DNA of 64,000 bases from Peptococcaceae bacterium UBA7185 (GTDB lineage Bacteria; Bacillota; Peptococcia; Peptococcales; Peptococcaceae): NCBI GenBank assembly GCA_002491065.1, contig DKVF01000031.1, positions 19,946-83,945 of the forward strand, in the 5' to 3' direction. Below are positions 1 through 11,800 of this stretch, piece by piece. The stretch's first letter is position 1, and each line of letters begins with the position of its first letter. The translations under genes and the position numbers were made by a program. The notes beneath the pieces are model-generated. The model had not been told where the DNA came from, made no database searches, and saw only the letters and a list, made by a program, of their open reading frames with translations.

Positions 1-114
1 ATTCCAGTAACGAAAGTGGAGATTGGATTGGCAGTGGGGCAGTCCCCACGGGGAATCATTGGGATGATGGATTCGAAAATGGCGGAGGCTGTGATGAAGA
101 AACTAGAGGATTAA
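1..114 (+). CDS. C-terminal fragment of an L7Ae/YlxQ-family RNA-binding protein (5' end outside window)
   Basis: Frame 1 is open from nt 1 to TAA 112-114 and reads [37 protein letters not shown]. This resembles the C-terminal pattern of Bacillus YlxQ. Its position directly upstream of infB fits the nusA-ylxR-ylxQ-infB operon. Confidence 0.5.
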   Translation: MPVTKVEIGLAVGQSPRGIIGMMDSKMAEAVMKKLED

Positions 115-137
115 AAAAATTTTTTGGGGGTGGCTTG

Positions 138-2783
138 ATGAGTAAATCTCGTATTTATGAAATTGCCAAAGAATTGAATGTAGATAGCAAATTGATTGTT
201 GAGAAATTAAAAGAAATGAATGTGGAAGTAAAAAATCATATGAGTTCCATTACGGAAGAAGATGCGGCTAAGGTAAGACGGACCTTTCAAAAACAGGAAT
301 CATCAAAGTTGCAGGAACACAAAGCCGAGTCAGGAAATATTGCTGCCAGTGTAAAAAATGAACAATCACAAGTTAAAGAAGAACGGAGCAGAAACGTGCA
401 AAACAAAAGTAACGGAAAAGATTATGGCAGCAGAGATAAAGGAAAAAGAGATAATTCGCAGAAAAACGGTCAAAGATCGCAGAACGGACAGAATAAAAAT
501 GCAGGCAACGAAAATAGAGATGGCCGTTCTAATCGCGACAACAGAGATAATAATCGTTCCTACAAAGAAAACAGAAATGACTTCAAAGGACAAAACAAAA
601 AACAAGGACAGGATAACAGATACAGTGCCAATGACGGGCATAAAAACAATCGGGATAATCGCGGAAACAGAGAAAATCGCGACGAAGATTTCCGCAAAAA
701 CAACCAGGATTCTGTCAGCAACCGCAGAGTAGGCGTAAATGCCAATCGTGCCACTCCTTCTGCGCCAGTGCGTCCTCAACAGCCTTCAAAGGCAAGACAG
801 GCGGCAAAAAGCAATAATGAGCACTTTTCTAAAGATGCGGTAGAAGAACGTTATCAAGATTGGAACAATCAAAACGATAATGAAAAAACCCGCTTAGAGC
901 AGGTAGCCCGTTCCAAGCGCAATGAAAATGGAAATTTCCAAAACAGAGCGGGAAAAAATAACAAGAATAACAAAGCAAAAGGCAAGAACAATAAAAATGT
1001 GCGGAAAGAGCCGCCGAGAGAATTTGCCGAAGTGAAGCATCATGTAGTGTTAGAGGATAGCATCACTGTACAGGATTTGGCCGGTCAACTGGGTAAAAAA
1101 GCGACAGATGTGATTATGAAGTTGATGACCATGGGTGTAATGGCAACCATCAATCAGGAATTGGATGTAGATACAGCGACGATTATCGCGGAAGAATTTG
1201 GCGCTACAGTGGAGGTCAAGGTATCCAAGGAAGAAGAATTATTTACAGATATCGAAGATGCTCCAGAAGATTTACAACACCGTCCACCAGTGGTAACAAT
1301 CATGGGGCATGTAGACCATGGGAAGACATCTTTATTGGATATGATTCGTTCTACCCATGTAACCTCCACGGAAGCTGGTGGGATTACACAGCATATTGGC
1401 GCATATCAGGTAGAAACCCACGGGCAGAAGATTACATTCCTGGATACACCAGGTCATGAGGCATTTACGGCGATGCGCGCTCGCGGTGCGCAGATTACTG
1501 ATATTGCCATTTTGGTAGTGGCTGCAGATGATGGTGTGATGCCGCAGACTATTGAGGCTATTGACCATGCAAAGGCAGCAAAGGTGCCTATTATTGTGGC
1601 GGTAAATAAAATTGATAAGCCGGAAGCAGATCCAGAACGAATCAAACAGGAATTGACCAACTATGGTTTGGTACCGGAAGAATGGGGCGGCGACACCATT
1701 ATGGTACCGGTGTCGGCTAAAAAAGGCGTTGGCATCGACGACCTGTTGGATATGATTTTGCTGGTAGCGGAAATGGCGGAATTAAAAGCAAATCCAAACC
1801 GCAACGCCAAAGGAAAGGTAATCGAATCCAAGCTGGATAAAGGCAGAGGTCCGGTAGCTACTTTGCTAGTGCAGGCAGGTACTTTGCATGTAGGCGATTT
1901 CCTCATTGTAGGGACCACACAGGGCCGTATTCGTGCAATGTTCGACTATAAAGGCCGTTCGCTGAAAACGGCAGGCCCTTCTATGCCAGTGGAGATTCTG
2001 GGTTTGAATGAAGTGCCGGAAGCGGGCGATGATTACATTGCAGTAGATAATGAAAAACTAGCAAAACAGGTAGCTGATAAACGGCAGAAAGAAAAACATC
2101 AACAGGAAATTGCCCGGAACACGAAGGTAAGTTTGGAAGATTTGTTTGCACAGATTAAAGAAGGCGAAATCAAAGAACTGAACATTGTTTTAAAAGCCGA
2201 TGTCCAGGGCTCTATTGAGGCGATTCGTCAATCTTTAGAAAAACTGGGCAACGATGAAGTACGGGTCAATATTATCCGCACTGCAGTTGGGGGTATTCGT
2301 GAAGCTGATGTTATGCTGGCTGCAGCTTCCAATGCTTTGATTATCGGCTTTAATGTCCGTCCCGATGCCAATGCACGCAAATTGGCAGAAAAAGAAGAAA
2401 TTCAGATTAATACCTATCGCGTAATTTATGAAGCTATTGAGGATGTAAAAGCAGCTCTTTCCGGTATGTTAGATCCAGATATCAAAGAAGTGGAACTGGG
2501 TCAGGCAGAAATTCGTAGTATCTTCAAAGTTCCCAAGGTAGGTGCTGTAGCCGGATGCTATATTACTGAAGGTAAATTTACCAGATCAGCTCGCGTACGT
2601 GTGGTGCGGGACGGTGTGGTCATCCATGAAGGAAATTTGGCTTCTCTGAAACGTTTTAAAGATGATGTGAAGGAAGTAGCCAGTGGTTTTGAGTGCGGTC
2701 TAAGTATCGAACGCTTCAATGATATCAAAGAAGGAGATATTTTAGAAGCTTATACATTTGAAGAAGTAAAACGGGCATTATAA
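138..2783 (+). CDS. infB: Translation initiation factor IF-2
   Basis: 882-aa ORF with G-domain motifs [13 protein letters not shown] and NKID, plus an Asn/Arg/Asp/Lys-rich low-complexity N-terminus. ATG 138 follows GGGGGTGG (126-133). The ORF-track TTG at 135 is too close to the SD. Confidence 0.97.
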   Translation: MSKSRIYEIAKELNVDSKLIVEKLKEMNVEVKNHMSSITEEDAAKVRRTFQKQESSKLQEHKAESGNIAASVKNEQSQVKEERSRNVQNKSNGKDYGSRDKGKRDNSQKNGQRSQNGQNKNAGNENRDGRSNRDNRDNNRSYKENRNDFKGQNKKQGQDNRYSANDGHKNNRDNRGNRENRDEDFRKNNQDSVSNRRVGVNANRATPSAPVRPQQPSKARQAAKSNNEHFSKDAVEERYQDWNNQNDNEKTRLEQVARSKRNENGNFQNRAGKNNKNNKAKGKNNKNVRKEPPREFAEVKHHVVLEDSITVQDLAGQLGKKATDVIMKLMTMGVMATINQELDVDTATIIAEEFGATVEVKVSKEEELFTDIEDAPEDLQHRPPVVTIMGHVDHGKTSLLDMIRSTHVTSTEAGGITQHIGAYQVETHGQKITFLDTPGHEAFTAMRARGAQITDIAILVVAADDGVMPQTIEAIDHAKAAKVPIIVAVNKIDKPEADPERIKQELTNYGLVPEEWGGDTIMVPVSAKKGVGIDDLLDMILLVAEMAELKANPNRNAKGKVIESKLDKGRGPVATLLVQAGTLHVGDFLIVGTTQGRIRAMFDYKGRSLKTAGPSMPVEILGLNEVPEAGDDYIAVDNEKLAKQVADKRQKEKHQQEIARNTKVSLEDLFAQIKEGEIKELNIVLKADVQGSIEAIRQSLEKLGNDEVRVNIIRTAVGGIREADVMLAAASNALIIGFNVRPDANARKLAEKEEIQINTYRVIYEAIEDVKAALSGMLDPDIKEVELGQAEIRSIFKVPKVGAVAGCYITEGKFTRSARVRVVRDGVVIHEGNLASLKRFKDDVKEVASGFECGLSIERFNDIKEGDILEAYTFEEVKRAL

Positions 2784-2801
2784 GCCTGAGAGGTGAAAAT
2801 T

Positions 2802-3155
2802 ATGAAAGTACGTCCAAACCGGATTGGGGAGGAAATCAAAAAAGAACTGGTTTTATTGATTCGCAATGGGATAAAGGATCCCCGTGTGGATAGTCTGATT
2901 AGTATTACGGATGTGGAAGTGACCAGAGATTTGAGCTATGCCACAGTGTATATCAGTCGGTATGGCTCTGAGACAGAGCGCAATGACGCGCTGGAAGGCA
3001 TGAAGGCCGCAGCCGGTTTTATGCGCAGTGAACTGAGCAAGCGATTAAAGTTGCGGACTGTGCCTGAATTGATTTTTAAACTGGATGATTCTCTACAGTA
3101 TGGCGCAAAAATTGAAACGATTTTGCAGCAGATTCACAGAGAACAAAACGACTAA
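2802..3155 (+). CDS. rbfA: Ribosome-binding factor A
   Basis: MKVRPNRIGEEIKKEL... is a typical RbfA N-terminus, and the gene lies directly after infB. ATG 2802 is 6 nt after GAGAGGTG. The ORF-track GTG at 2793 lies inside that SD. Confidence 0.9.
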   Translation: MKVRPNRIGEEIKKELVLLIRNGIKDPRVDSLISITDVEVTRDLSYATVYISRYGSETERNDALEGMKAAAGFMRSELSKRLKLRTVPELIFKLDDSLQYGAKIETILQQIHREQND

Positions 3156-3183
3156 ATAGGAAAGAGTTACAGGGGGAAACACA

Positions 3184-4170
3184 ATGCAGCAGGTACTGGT
3201 GCAAATAAAAGAAATCCTGCTTAACCAGAAGTGTGTTGCTATCATTTCACACAACAATCCTGATGGCGACACACTGGGTTCCCAGCTGGCATTAGCCGGT
3301 GCATTGGGAGAAGCGGGGATTGCTTCCATTCTCATCAATAATGATAAGATTTCTGAAAAGTACCATTTTGTTGCTGGTTCTACTAACATTCGGCCCTACA
3401 ATGGGGATATGGAAATTCCGCAGGTTGTCGTCTTTGTGGATTGCGCCGATTTGGAGCTGGCAGGCTGCAATGGGCACACAGAATTTCTAAAAGGGCGCAC
3501 TATCATTAATATTGATCATCATACCAGCAACAAACAATATGGGCATGTAAACTATGTAAAAGGCGAAGCCGCAGCTAATTGTCAAAATATGTATGAAGTC
3601 ATCACGGCATTAGGAGTAGATATGACAGCGGAGATAGCCACTGCACTCTATATGGGATTGAGTACAGATACAGGAAATTTCCTTTTTGATAATGTATCAT
3701 CAGACACGTTACGTATTGCCGCTGAGTTAAAGGATTGCGGAGCAGATACCAATAGTCTGCGGCAAAAGCTGTATGAAAGCAATTCACATAAACGCATTGA
3801 GCTACTCAAATATATTTTGAATGAACTGCATATTTCCCAAAATGGAAAATGTGCTTGGAGTAAAATTGATTATGGGATGATGCAGCGTTTACAGCCTGAC
3901 AGTACAGATATTGACGGACTGGTCAATACCATTAAGGATATAGAAGGGGTAGAGGTTGCCCTGTTGTTCCGCGGTGTGGAAGCACATAAGACAAAAGTAA
4001 GCCTGCGCAGTAAAGTATGGGCGGATGTGAATGCAGTTGCCGGACTATTTGGGGGCGGCGGTCACATGAGAGCGGCAGGATGTACAATCAATGGAACGGT
4101 AGAAGAGGCTGCGGAGCGCTTAGTGCCTGCAGTGGAAAAATATCTTGAAGAAATGGAACAGCAGCCATGA
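3184..4170 (+). CDS. nrnA: DHH/DHHA1 phosphoesterase (bifunctional oligoribonuclease / pAp phosphatase NrnA-like)
   Basis: Motifs HNNPDGDTLGS, NIDHHTSN and GGGGHMRAAG. SD AGGGGGA lies 6 nt upstream. Position between rbfA and truB is conserved. Confidence 0.85.
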   Translation: MQQVLVQIKEILLNQKCVAIISHNNPDGDTLGSQLALAGALGEAGIASILINNDKISEKYHFVAGSTNIRPYNGDMEIPQVVVFVDCADLELAGCNGHTEFLKGRTIINIDHHTSNKQYGHVNYVKGEAAANCQNMYEVITALGVDMTAEIATALYMGLSTDTGNFLFDNVSSDTLRIAAELKDCGADTNSLRQKLYESNSHKRIELLKYILNELHISQNGKCAWSKIDYGMMQRLQPDSTDIDGLVNTIKDIEGVEVALLFRGVEAHKTKVSLRSKVWADVNAVAGLFGGGGHMRAAGCTINGTVEEAAERLVPAVEKYLEEMEQQP

Positions 4171-5072
4171 AAGATACGACGACAAATGGAATTGTAAATA
4201 TATTGAAGCCAGCGGGCATGACTTCCCACGATGTGGTGGGCAAGCTGCGCAAAATTTATCACACCCGCAAGGTGGGCCATACCGGGACCTTGGACCCCGA
4301 TGCGGTGGGCGTTTTGCCGGTGTGTGTTGGTCAGGCTACCCGTCTGGCAGAATATTTGACGGAAAAAGAGAAAACTTATCGGACCGTGCTGAAATTTGGC
4401 TGCGAGACAAATACGCAGGATCATTCCGGGGAAGTGACAAAGAATACGGCGCTGCCCACCTTGAGCCGAGAAGAATTTTGTGGGGTGACGGCGCAGTTTG
4501 TAGGAGACATTCAGCAGGTGCCGCCGATGTATTCGGCCATAAAAAAGGACGGACAGCCGTTATATAAACTGGCCCGTCAGGGGGTTGACATTGCGCTGGA
4601 AGCACGGCCGGTGACAATCCATGAGATAAAGGTACTGCTGTACAATCAGGAAAGCGCCATGCTGGAGGTGCGCTGCAGTAAGGGCACCTACATCCGCACA
4701 CTGTGTCAGGATATCGGGCGCGCCTGCGGCAGCAGCGCTTACATGGCTTATCTGATGCGCACTGCCAGCGGAACCTTTGGGATCGCGGACGCAGTGCCTC
4801 TGGCAAAGCTGGAGCAGACGGAACGGCCGGAGCAGTATTTGCGCTCTATGAATGACTGCCTTGCCGATATGCCGGCGCTTTACGCAGCAAATGAACTGAT
4901 GGAGCAGCGTATTTCCAATGGCTTGTCGCAGCGTGTCCCCGGTGTGGAAACTCTGGCGGGGGATACGGTATGCCGTGTTTTGGGGTTAAAGGGACAGCTT
5001 CTGGCCATTGGCTACGTAAGTAGCGGCAGCTTTCAGCCAAACAAAGTGTTTAGGAGTGGTGAAGTTGTATGA
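4167..5072 (+). CDS. truB: tRNA pseudouridine(55) synthase
   Basis: Motifs GILNILKPAGMTSHDVV and GHTGTLDPDAVGVLPV (catalytic Asp motif). The ATGA overlaps the nrnA stop. Confidence 0.95.
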   Translation: MKDTTTNGIVNILKPAGMTSHDVVGKLRKIYHTRKVGHTGTLDPDAVGVLPVCVGQATRLAEYLTEKEKTYRTVLKFGCETNTQDHSGEVTKNTALPTLSREEFCGVTAQFVGDIQQVPPMYSAIKKDGQPLYKLARQGVDIALEARPVTIHEIKVLLYNQESAMLEVRCSKGTYIRTLCQDIGRACGSSAYMAYLMRTASGTFGIADAVPLAKLEQTERPEQYLRSMNDCLADMPALYAANELMEQRISNGLSQRVPGVETLAGDTVCRVLGLKGQLLAIGYVSSGSFQPNKVFRSGEVV

Positions 5073-5974
5073 CGATTTCTAAATTTCGTACCGTTATATT
5101 GGGAAATTTCGACGGGCTACATAGAGGTCATCAGCAGTTAATCAATTTAGGACGGCAGATAGCGGATTCCCATCAGGAGGAACTGGCTGTATTCACATTT
5201 TATCCGCAGATACAGCAGTATTTTGATAAAAATTTTTGTTATCTGCTCACAGAACAGCAAAAAAACAGAGGATTTCAGAAGTTAAAGGTAGACTGGATTG
5301 AGTCCATGCCCTTTACAGAAGAAATCGCGACTCTGTCGCCGGAAGCGTTTGTGGAGAACATTCTGGTAAAAAAACTGCACGCCCGTCATGCAGTCGTGGG
5401 ATTTAATTTTTCCTTCGGCTACAAAGGCGCAGGCAACCCGCAACTTTTACGGGAACTGGGCGCGCGCTACGGGATCGAGGTAACGGTGATGGAGCCCTGC
5501 TATGCAGACGGCGAAGTGGTGAGCAGTTCGGCAATCCGCAAGTATTTGCAGGCGGGCGATATAGAAAAAGCCAATGCCCTACTGGGATATGCCTACAGTA
5601 TCGAAGGACCGGTGGTAAGAGGCAATGAAATCGGCCGCACCATAGGCTTTCCCACTGCCAATATACTGCCGGCAAAGGGAATTCTCCTGCCGGAAAAGGG
5701 CGTATATGCGGCGCGCACCTGGGTGGAGGGCCAATGTTATGACGGCATTTTGAATATTGGAATGCGGCCCACCATTGCCCACAGCATAGGATTAAACATT
5801 GAGGTCAATCTCTTTGACTTTGACAGGGATATTTATGGACAGGTTATTCGCAGTGAGGTACATTATTTTCTGCGTCCTGAGACAAAATTTGACGGCCTGG
5901 ACGGCCTGAAAGCCCAGCTGGAAAAGGATAAACAGCACACAGAAAAACTTTTTGCGGACAGGGAAAATTTCTAA
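5069..5974 (+). CDS. ribF: Bifunctional riboflavin kinase / FMN adenylyltransferase
   Basis: N-terminal GNFDGLHRGH nucleotidyltransferase motif and C-terminal riboflavin-kinase motif GRTIGFPTANI. The ATGA overlaps the truB stop. Confidence 0.93.
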   Translation: MTISKFRTVILGNFDGLHRGHQQLINLGRQIADSHQEELAVFTFYPQIQQYFDKNFCYLLTEQQKNRGFQKLKVDWIESMPFTEEIATLSPEAFVENILVKKLHARHAVVGFNFSFGYKGAGNPQLLRELGARYGIEVTVMEPCYADGEVVSSSAIRKYLQAGDIEKANALLGYAYSIEGPVVRGNEIGRTIGFPTANILPAKGILLPEKGVYAARTWVEGQCYDGILNIGMRPTIAHSIGLNIEVNLFDFDRDIYGQVIRSEVHYFLRPETKFDGLDGLKAQLEKDKQHTEKLFADRENF

Positions 5975-5983
5975 AATTAGTGC

Positions 5984-6012
5984 TTGCAAAACCGCTGGCG
6001 TTCCTGTATAAT
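5984..6012 (+). promoter_or_regulatory. Sigma-A type promoter for rpsO(-pnp)
   Basis: TTGCAA (5984-5989), 17-nt spacer, TATAAT (6007-6012). It lies about 90 nt upstream of the rpsO ATG. Confidence 0.6.
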
Positions 6013-6102
6013 TATTAGATATGAACCGTGTGCCCGGTGTGTCGTTCTCCGGCGTATACTTGGCAAGCGGCGATTAAAAAATATTTTTTGGGAGGTGCCA
6101 TC

Positions 6103-6372
6103 ATGGCATTAGATACACAGGCAAAACAGGATTTAATCAAAAAGTATCAGTTACACGAAGGAGACACTGGTTCTCCAGAAGTACAGATTGCGATTTTGAC
6201 CGCAAAAATTACCTATTTGACAGAGCATTTAAAACAACATCCAAAAGATCATCATTCCCGTCGCGGGCTGTTAAAGATGGTTGGTCAGCGTCGTTCTCTG
6301 CTGAACTATGTAAAATCTAAAGATATTGAAAGATATCGCAATATCATCGATGTGATGGGTATCCGTCGGTAG
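6103..6372 (+). CDS. rpsO: 30S ribosomal protein S15
   Basis: [33 protein letters not shown]... is canonical S15 (89 aa). SD GGGAGGTG lies just upstream. The ORF-track start at 6028 is a spurious 5' extension. Confidence 0.97.
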   Translation: MALDTQAKQDLIKKYQLHEGDTGSPEVQIAILTAKITYLTEHLKQHPKDHHSRRGLLKMVGQRRSLLNYVKSKDIERYRNIIDVMGIRR

Positions 6373-6380
6373 TACTGGAA

Positions 6381-6406
6381 AGAGCAGCCCTGGGCTGCTC
6401 TTTTTG
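6381..6406 (+). terminator. Rho-independent terminator/attenuator after rpsO
   Basis: AGAGCAGC-cctgg-GCTGCTCT followed by TTTTT, 9 nt after the rpsO stop. Confidence 0.75.
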
Positions 6407-6459
6407 TGGTTTATTGTTTGTGCAGGTTTTTATCACACAGATGCTTGCTTCGGGGGTGT

Positions 6460-6515
6460 AATTAATAAACAAGAGAAAACTGGCGCGCCAGATAGTTTTT
6501 TCTTGTTTGTTAATT
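6460..6515 (+). promoter_or_regulatory. Long imperfect hairpin in the pnp 5' leader
   Basis: The 5' arm AATTAATAAACAAGAGAAAA pairs with the 3' arm TTTTTTCTTGTTTGTTAATT (two mismatches). The apex is itself palindromic (CTGGCGCGCCAG). No U-tract follows, so it looks like a processing or regulatory hairpin rather than a terminator. Confidence 0.5.
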
Positions 6516-6556
6516 GCTCCGCCGAGTGGCAGTATTTTATTTTTAGGAGGAGCAAC

Positions 6557-8668
6557 ATGGGAAACGTTTTGAAAAAATCCATCCAGGTGGGTGGGCGCGC
6601 TTTGACACTGGAAACAGGGCGTATGGCAAAACAGGCCAGCGGCGCAGTATTCTGTACTTATGGTGACACCGCTGTACTGGTAACGGCAGTGGGCGCCAAA
6701 GAACCGAAGGAAGGCGTGGACTTTTTTCCGCTGACCGTAGATTATGAAGAAAAATTGTATGCAGCAGGAAAAATTCCCGGCGGCTTTTTGAAACGGGAAG
6801 GCAAAGCCAGCGAAAAAGCCATTTTGTGTAGCAGACTGATTGACCGTCCCATTCGTCCGTTATTTCCAAAAGGCTATCGGAATGATGTGCAGGTAGTGGC
6901 CACAGTTCTATCCGTGGACATGGACAATACACCGGACGTGCTGGCCATGGTGGGCGCATCAGCAGCACTGCACTTATCACAGATTCCTTTCATGGGACCT
7001 ATTGCTGGCGTGGTAGTAGGACTGGTGGATGGTGAATTTATCATCAACCCCAATCAGGAGCAGGAAGCTAAAAGCTTAATGCACCTGACCGTAGCGGGAA
7101 CTGCCGATGCCGTGATGATGGTGGAAGCAGGTGCAAAAGAAGTGCCGGAAATGACCATTCTGGACGCCATCATGTTTGGCCATGAGGAAATCAAGAAGAT
7201 TGTCGCTGCCATTGAAGAATTCCGGGCAGAAGCGCTGGCTTTGGAATTGGCAAAAGAAAAAGAAATGCCTGAACTGAAAGTGATTCCGGAAGAAATCGAA
7301 GCAGCAGTCAAAGAATATGCCTATGACAACCTGCTGGAAGCCATTCGCATCAAAGAGAAACATGCCCGCGATGCAGCAGCAGAGGCTGTCAAAGAAGAGG
7401 CTATACAGCATTTACTGGAACAATTCCCTGAGCAGGAAGAAGATTTGCGGGCAGCTCTGGATAGTCTGATGAAATATATCGTGCGCCGTTTGATTACAGT
7501 CGACAAGATTCGTCCTGATGGCAGAGAGATGACAGAAGTTCGGCCTATCACCTGCGAAGTAGACATTTTGCCTCGCCCTCACGGCAGCGCACTGTTTACC
7601 CGTGGGCAGACACAGATTCTTTCCAGCGTTACCTTGGGTGCTGCCAGAGAAGAACAGATTTTAGATGGTTTGGACAATGAAAGCAGCAAACGCTATATTC
7701 ATCACTACAATTTCCCGCCCTACAGCGTAGGAGAAGCCCGTCCCATGCGCGGTCCGGGCCGTCGTGAAATCGGGCACGGCGCTTTGGCAGAACGGGCCTT
7801 GGAGCCTGTCATCCCCAGCGAAGAGGAATTCCCATACACCATTCGTGTGGTATCCGAAGCGTTGGAATCCAACGGCTCCACTTCCATGGGCAGTGTGTGC
7901 GGCAGTACTATGTCTCTGATGGCTGCTGGTGTTCCCATCAAACGGCCGGTGTCTGGCGTGGCTATGGGCTTGATTCGGGAAGAAAACGAATTCAGCGTAT
8001 TGACAGACCTACAGGGATTGGAGGATGCGCTGGGCGATATGGACTTTAAAGTGGCTGGTACCACCGAAGGGGTTACCGCCATTCAGATGGATATCAAAAT
8101 TGCCGGTATCAACCGGGCCATTCTGGAGCAGGCGCTGAAACAGGCCCATGACGGCCGTATGTTCATTTTGGGCAAGATGCTGGAAGCAATTCCTGCTGTA
8201 CGTCCGGAGCTGTCCAAATACGCACCGCGTATCATCACCATGATGATCAACCCGGATAAGATTCGCGACGTCATTGGCGCCGGCGGAAAGGTTATCAAGA
8301 AGATTGTAGAAGATACCGGCGTGAAGATTGACATTGAGGATGACGGACGGGTTATGATTATGTCCAATGACGCGGAAGCCTCTGCAAAAGCTGTGAAAAT
8401 TATCGAAGATCTGGTGCGCGAGGTGGAAGTAGGTCAGGTATATCTGGGCAAAGTCGTACGCATCACCGACTTTGGCGCTTTCGTAGAAGTATTGCCGGGC
8501 AAAGACGGTCTGGTACACATTTCTCAACTGGCCCTGGAACGGGTGAACAAGGTAGAAGATGTGGTAAAAGTAGGTGACGAAATTCTGGTAAAATGTACAG
8601 AAATCGATAAACAGGGACGGGTAAATCTCTCCCGCAAGGTATTGCTGAAAGAACAGCAAGGTAAATAA
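6557..8668 (+). CDS. pnp: Polyribonucleotide nucleotidyltransferase (PNPase)
   Basis: Starts [27 protein letters not shown]. Two RNase PH-like halves plus KH and S1 ([28 protein letters not shown]). SD AGGAGG is at 6545-6550. The ORF-track start at 6404 is a 5' extension. Confidence 0.97.
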   Translation: MGNVLKKSIQVGGRALTLETGRMAKQASGAVFCTYGDTAVLVTAVGAKEPKEGVDFFPLTVDYEEKLYAAGKIPGGFLKREGKASEKAILCSRLIDRPIRPLFPKGYRNDVQVVATVLSVDMDNTPDVLAMVGASAALHLSQIPFMGPIAGVVVGLVDGEFIINPNQEQEAKSLMHLTVAGTADAVMMVEAGAKEVPEMTILDAIMFGHEEIKKIVAAIEEFRAEALALELAKEKEMPELKVIPEEIEAAVKEYAYDNLLEAIRIKEKHARDAAAEAVKEEAIQHLLEQFPEQEEDLRAALDSLMKYIVRRLITVDKIRPDGREMTEVRPITCEVDILPRPHGSALFTRGQTQILSSVTLGAAREEQILDGLDNESSKRYIHHYNFPPYSVGEARPMRGPGRREIGHGALAERALEPVIPSEEEFPYTIRVVSEALESNGSTSMGSVCGSTMSLMAAGVPIKRPVSGVAMGLIREENEFSVLTDLQGLEDALGDMDFKVAGTTEGVTAIQMDIKIAGINRAILEQALKQAHDGRMFILGKMLEAIPAVRPELSKYAPRIITMMINPDKIRDVIGAGGKVIKKIVEDTGVKIDIEDDGRVMIMSNDAEASAKAVKIIEDLVREVEVGQVYLGKVVRITDFGAFVEVLPGKDGLVHISQLALERVNKVEDVVKVGDEILVKCTEIDKQGRVNLSRKVLLKEQQGK

Positions 8669-8681
8669 TGATAACAGTGAG

Positions 8682-8716
8682 AAACGGGCACAGTATAAGA
8701 GCTATGCCCGTTTTTT
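8682..8716 (+). terminator. Rho-independent terminator after pnp
   Basis: AAACGGGCA (8682-8690), 14-nt loop, TGCCCGTTT, followed by a T-run (TTTTTT). Confidence 0.75.
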
Positions 8717-8869
8717 GGTTTGTGCAAAGAGGCATTATTTTTGTCAGGTTATCTTGTATTCTTTTCCAAAACTTCAGTAGAATAGCGTTCTTTTTGCGAT
8801 TTTCTGTTGTAATTTTCTTTATAATTTTGCATAATAGAAAGAAGAAAAACAGAAAAAGAGGGTGGCAGG

Positions 8870-11800
8870 ATGGGCAATATTGTCAATGCGTTACAGGGAA
8901 TTTTTGAGCAAAATGTAATCAGCGAGTTTTTTTTGCAGCAGCCAGATTTGCTGCTGCGGCAGGCCCAGGAGCAGCAGGAAAAGCTGAAATCGGGCCTGGC
9001 ACTGTTGTTAGCGCAGCAGCAATGGACTTGCGATGATATATTGGAGTTGTGTCGGGACATTTGTCCCCAGTGGTATGAGGAGACGCCGGAAAAAGGCTGG
9101 TTGGAATTTACCTATTGGTATATTATCAGCTGGTCCTATCCCGAGAGTGTGTTTCTTGAATTTCCCGAGCGGTTTCAGCCGGGGATGCATTTTTTCATGC
9201 GGGTGCTGCGCTGTGCGTTGGATTATGGAGCGATGCACAAGACATTTGACCCGTTTACGGATTTTTCGTTTTTACCGCTGGACACGCTGCCGGATCATGT
9301 GATTAAAGAGGAATATGAACGGTTTTTGTACTATTTTCGCAAATATTATATCTATGAGCTGATGTACATCGGCAAGGAAATCTTTTTCTTCAACACGTTG
9401 AGCCATATTGCCGGTGTGCATTATGTGGCCATGCATGTGGCCCGTCAGCTGAAGGAAGCCGGCGTGCCTATCAATCTGGCTCTGGTCAGCGGTGCGGCAG
9501 TGGGGCATGATATCGGCAAGTTTGGCTGCAAGCCCAGCGAAATGAAGCGGATGGCCCATTTGCATTATTATTATACCGGGCAGTGGTTTGAGGAAAAAAA
9601 TATGCCTACTATCGCCCATATTGCGGTGAACCATTCTACATGGGATTTGGAGCTGGAAAATTTGCCGCTGGAATCTCTGGTGCTGATTTATGCGGATTTC
9701 CGTGTGCGGCGGGATGATGCTGCCGATGCGCCCAAGGAAAAAATGGGCATCTTTACGCTGAAGGATTCTTTTCATATCATTCTCAGCAAATTGGAGAATG
9801 TAGATGTGGCCAAGGAGCGGCGTTATCGCTATGTCTATGCCAAGCTGAAGGATTTTGAGGATTATATGGAGAGTCTGGGGGTGAATACCGATTTCACCCG
9901 CAGCACGCTGACGCCCACTGTGCCCAAGCATATCGCTCTGGTGGATGCCCAGGAGGCCATCACCAATTTTAAATTTTTAGCTATTCGCCATAATATCTGG
10001 ATGATGGAGTTCCTCAATACAGAAACTTCTTTCGGGACGCTGCTGGAAGCGGCGCGCAGTGAAAAGGACTGGAAAAACACCCGCGCCTATATTCATATTT
10101 TTGAGGAATATTATACGTATATGACGCAGCGGCAAAAAATCATGACGCTGAACTTCCTGTATGAGCTCCTGATGCACCGGGAGGGCGATATTCGCCGCCA
10201 GGCAGCTACGCTGATGGGCCATATTATTCTGCGCTACGATGAGATTTACCGCAAGGAGCTGCCGGAGGATATCACGCTGCCGGTAGGACAGACTACTTCG
10301 CTGTCCCTTTGGCACAAATATTTGAGTATGATTGTCATTCCTGACCATAAGATTACGGAGCGCCACAAGCGGTGGCTGGGCTACACGCTGAAAAATATGG
10401 TGACCACGGTGCTGGAGAACTGCCCTGAGCAGGAACGCTATGATTATCTGGATGTGCTGCTGTATTATTATCATGAAGCCCATTGGGATGATGAGGTAGG
10501 ATTTGTTCTCATGGATACGCTGATTGCTGTGCCGCTGGAGCTTTGCGAGCCTTTTCAGATACAGGAGCTGCTGGATTTCACCGCAAATATTCTGAAGCGC
10601 GGGAATATCGAGCTGCAGGCTGCGGCGCTGCGCTTTCTGGAATATGGGGCTTCCTTTAAGGGGATGCTGGATGGCTTCCACAGACAGATTCTCGCCATGC
10701 TGGAATCGTTGGAAATCGGGAAGGTTCCGCTGGGCTTTCACTATAATCTCCGCAATATTTATCAGGCTTTGGGCGCTGACAGCTTGTCTGCTGCGTTCCA
10801 TATGTCGGAGGAGGAAGAGCAAAAGGCGGTGTCGGAGCTGTTTTTGGAAAATCTCAAGGTCGCTACGCCGTGGATGCTGAAGCTGACCAATATTGACTTC
10901 CTCTTGAAGGTTGCCAAGCACCGCGCCATTTCTCTTTTGCAGGTGGCGACCCATCTTTCCAATATTTTGAAGGTGGGAGAGCGCATCAGCGTGCGGCACA
11001 GAGCAGGGCAGGGGCTGGTGGATATTGCGCCGCTACTCACCTTGGAGGAGCGCAACGAACTGGTCATCGAGCTGACCAAAGGGCTGGAAATCGGAGAATA
11101 TGAATTCTCCAAGTATATTCCTGAATATCTGGGACAGATTGCGTTGTATCTCCATCCGAAGGAGCTGGATGAGATTGTGCAGGATTTGCAGAAGCTGCTG
11201 CGCAATGCCAATAATCGGGTGGTATCGGTGGCTTTGAATACATTGGGTGTGATTTTGGAATATTATCCGGCCTATCAGCAGCGCTTCGGCGAGACGGACG
11301 AACTGATAGAGACGCGCCGAAGCACGATTTTGGGGATGCTGTTGAGCGGGTTGTCCAGCTATGATGAAGAGGTGAGCTCGGAAGCCTTTATTGTGCTGGG
11401 GCATCAGCTCTTCGGCTCAAAGCTGTTGTCTTTGGAGGAAAAAAATAAAATCTTTTTCCTGATTTATAAGCGGATGCTCATTCTCATTCATGACAAGGAG
11501 ATGAGCGGCCTGGCCTTTTTCAATCGGGCTGGGTCGCTGAATCATATTTATCGGTTTATTTCTGATTATCTGATGGAGTATGAGAAATTTGACGTGCCGG
11601 AGCTGGAGCGGGTGGCCTTCTTCCCGGGCACCTTTGACCCCTTTTCCTCCAGCCACAAGGGGATTGTGCAGGAGATTCGCAATTTGGGATTTCAGGTTTA
11701 TCTGGCGCTGGATGAGTTTTCCTGGAGCAAGAAAACCCAGCCGCGGATGACTCGCCGACAGATTATCACCATGTCGGTGGCCGATGAGGAAAATGTCTAT

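Noticed and set aside
400-1010. Highly repetitive Asn/Arg/Asp/Lys-rich coding stretch in infB, considered as a possible repeat element or inserted sequence
   Set aside because: It is in frame and typical of the variable low-complexity N-terminal region of IF-2. There is no discrete nucleotide repeat unit.
6028-6556. Long 5' extensions of the rpsO (6028) and pnp (6404) ORFs
   Set aside because: The extensions run through a promoter and a terminator respectively. Canonical N-termini with strong SDs occur at 6103 and 6557.
8668-9060. ORFs 8668-8907 (+) and 8749-9060 (-) in the pnp/megaprotein intergenic region
   Set aside because: They span the pnp terminator and an AT-rich promoter region. 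They have no SD, their sequences are hydrophobic junk, and they overlap the well-supported start at 8870.
9977-10999. 340-aa minus-strand ORF (also 9272-9931, 11912-12556) antisense to the megaprotein gene
   Set aside because: These have no SD and a low-complexity Q/H/L/R-rich composition typical of antisense frames of a real gene. The + frame carries recognisable HD, NadD and PRTase motifs.
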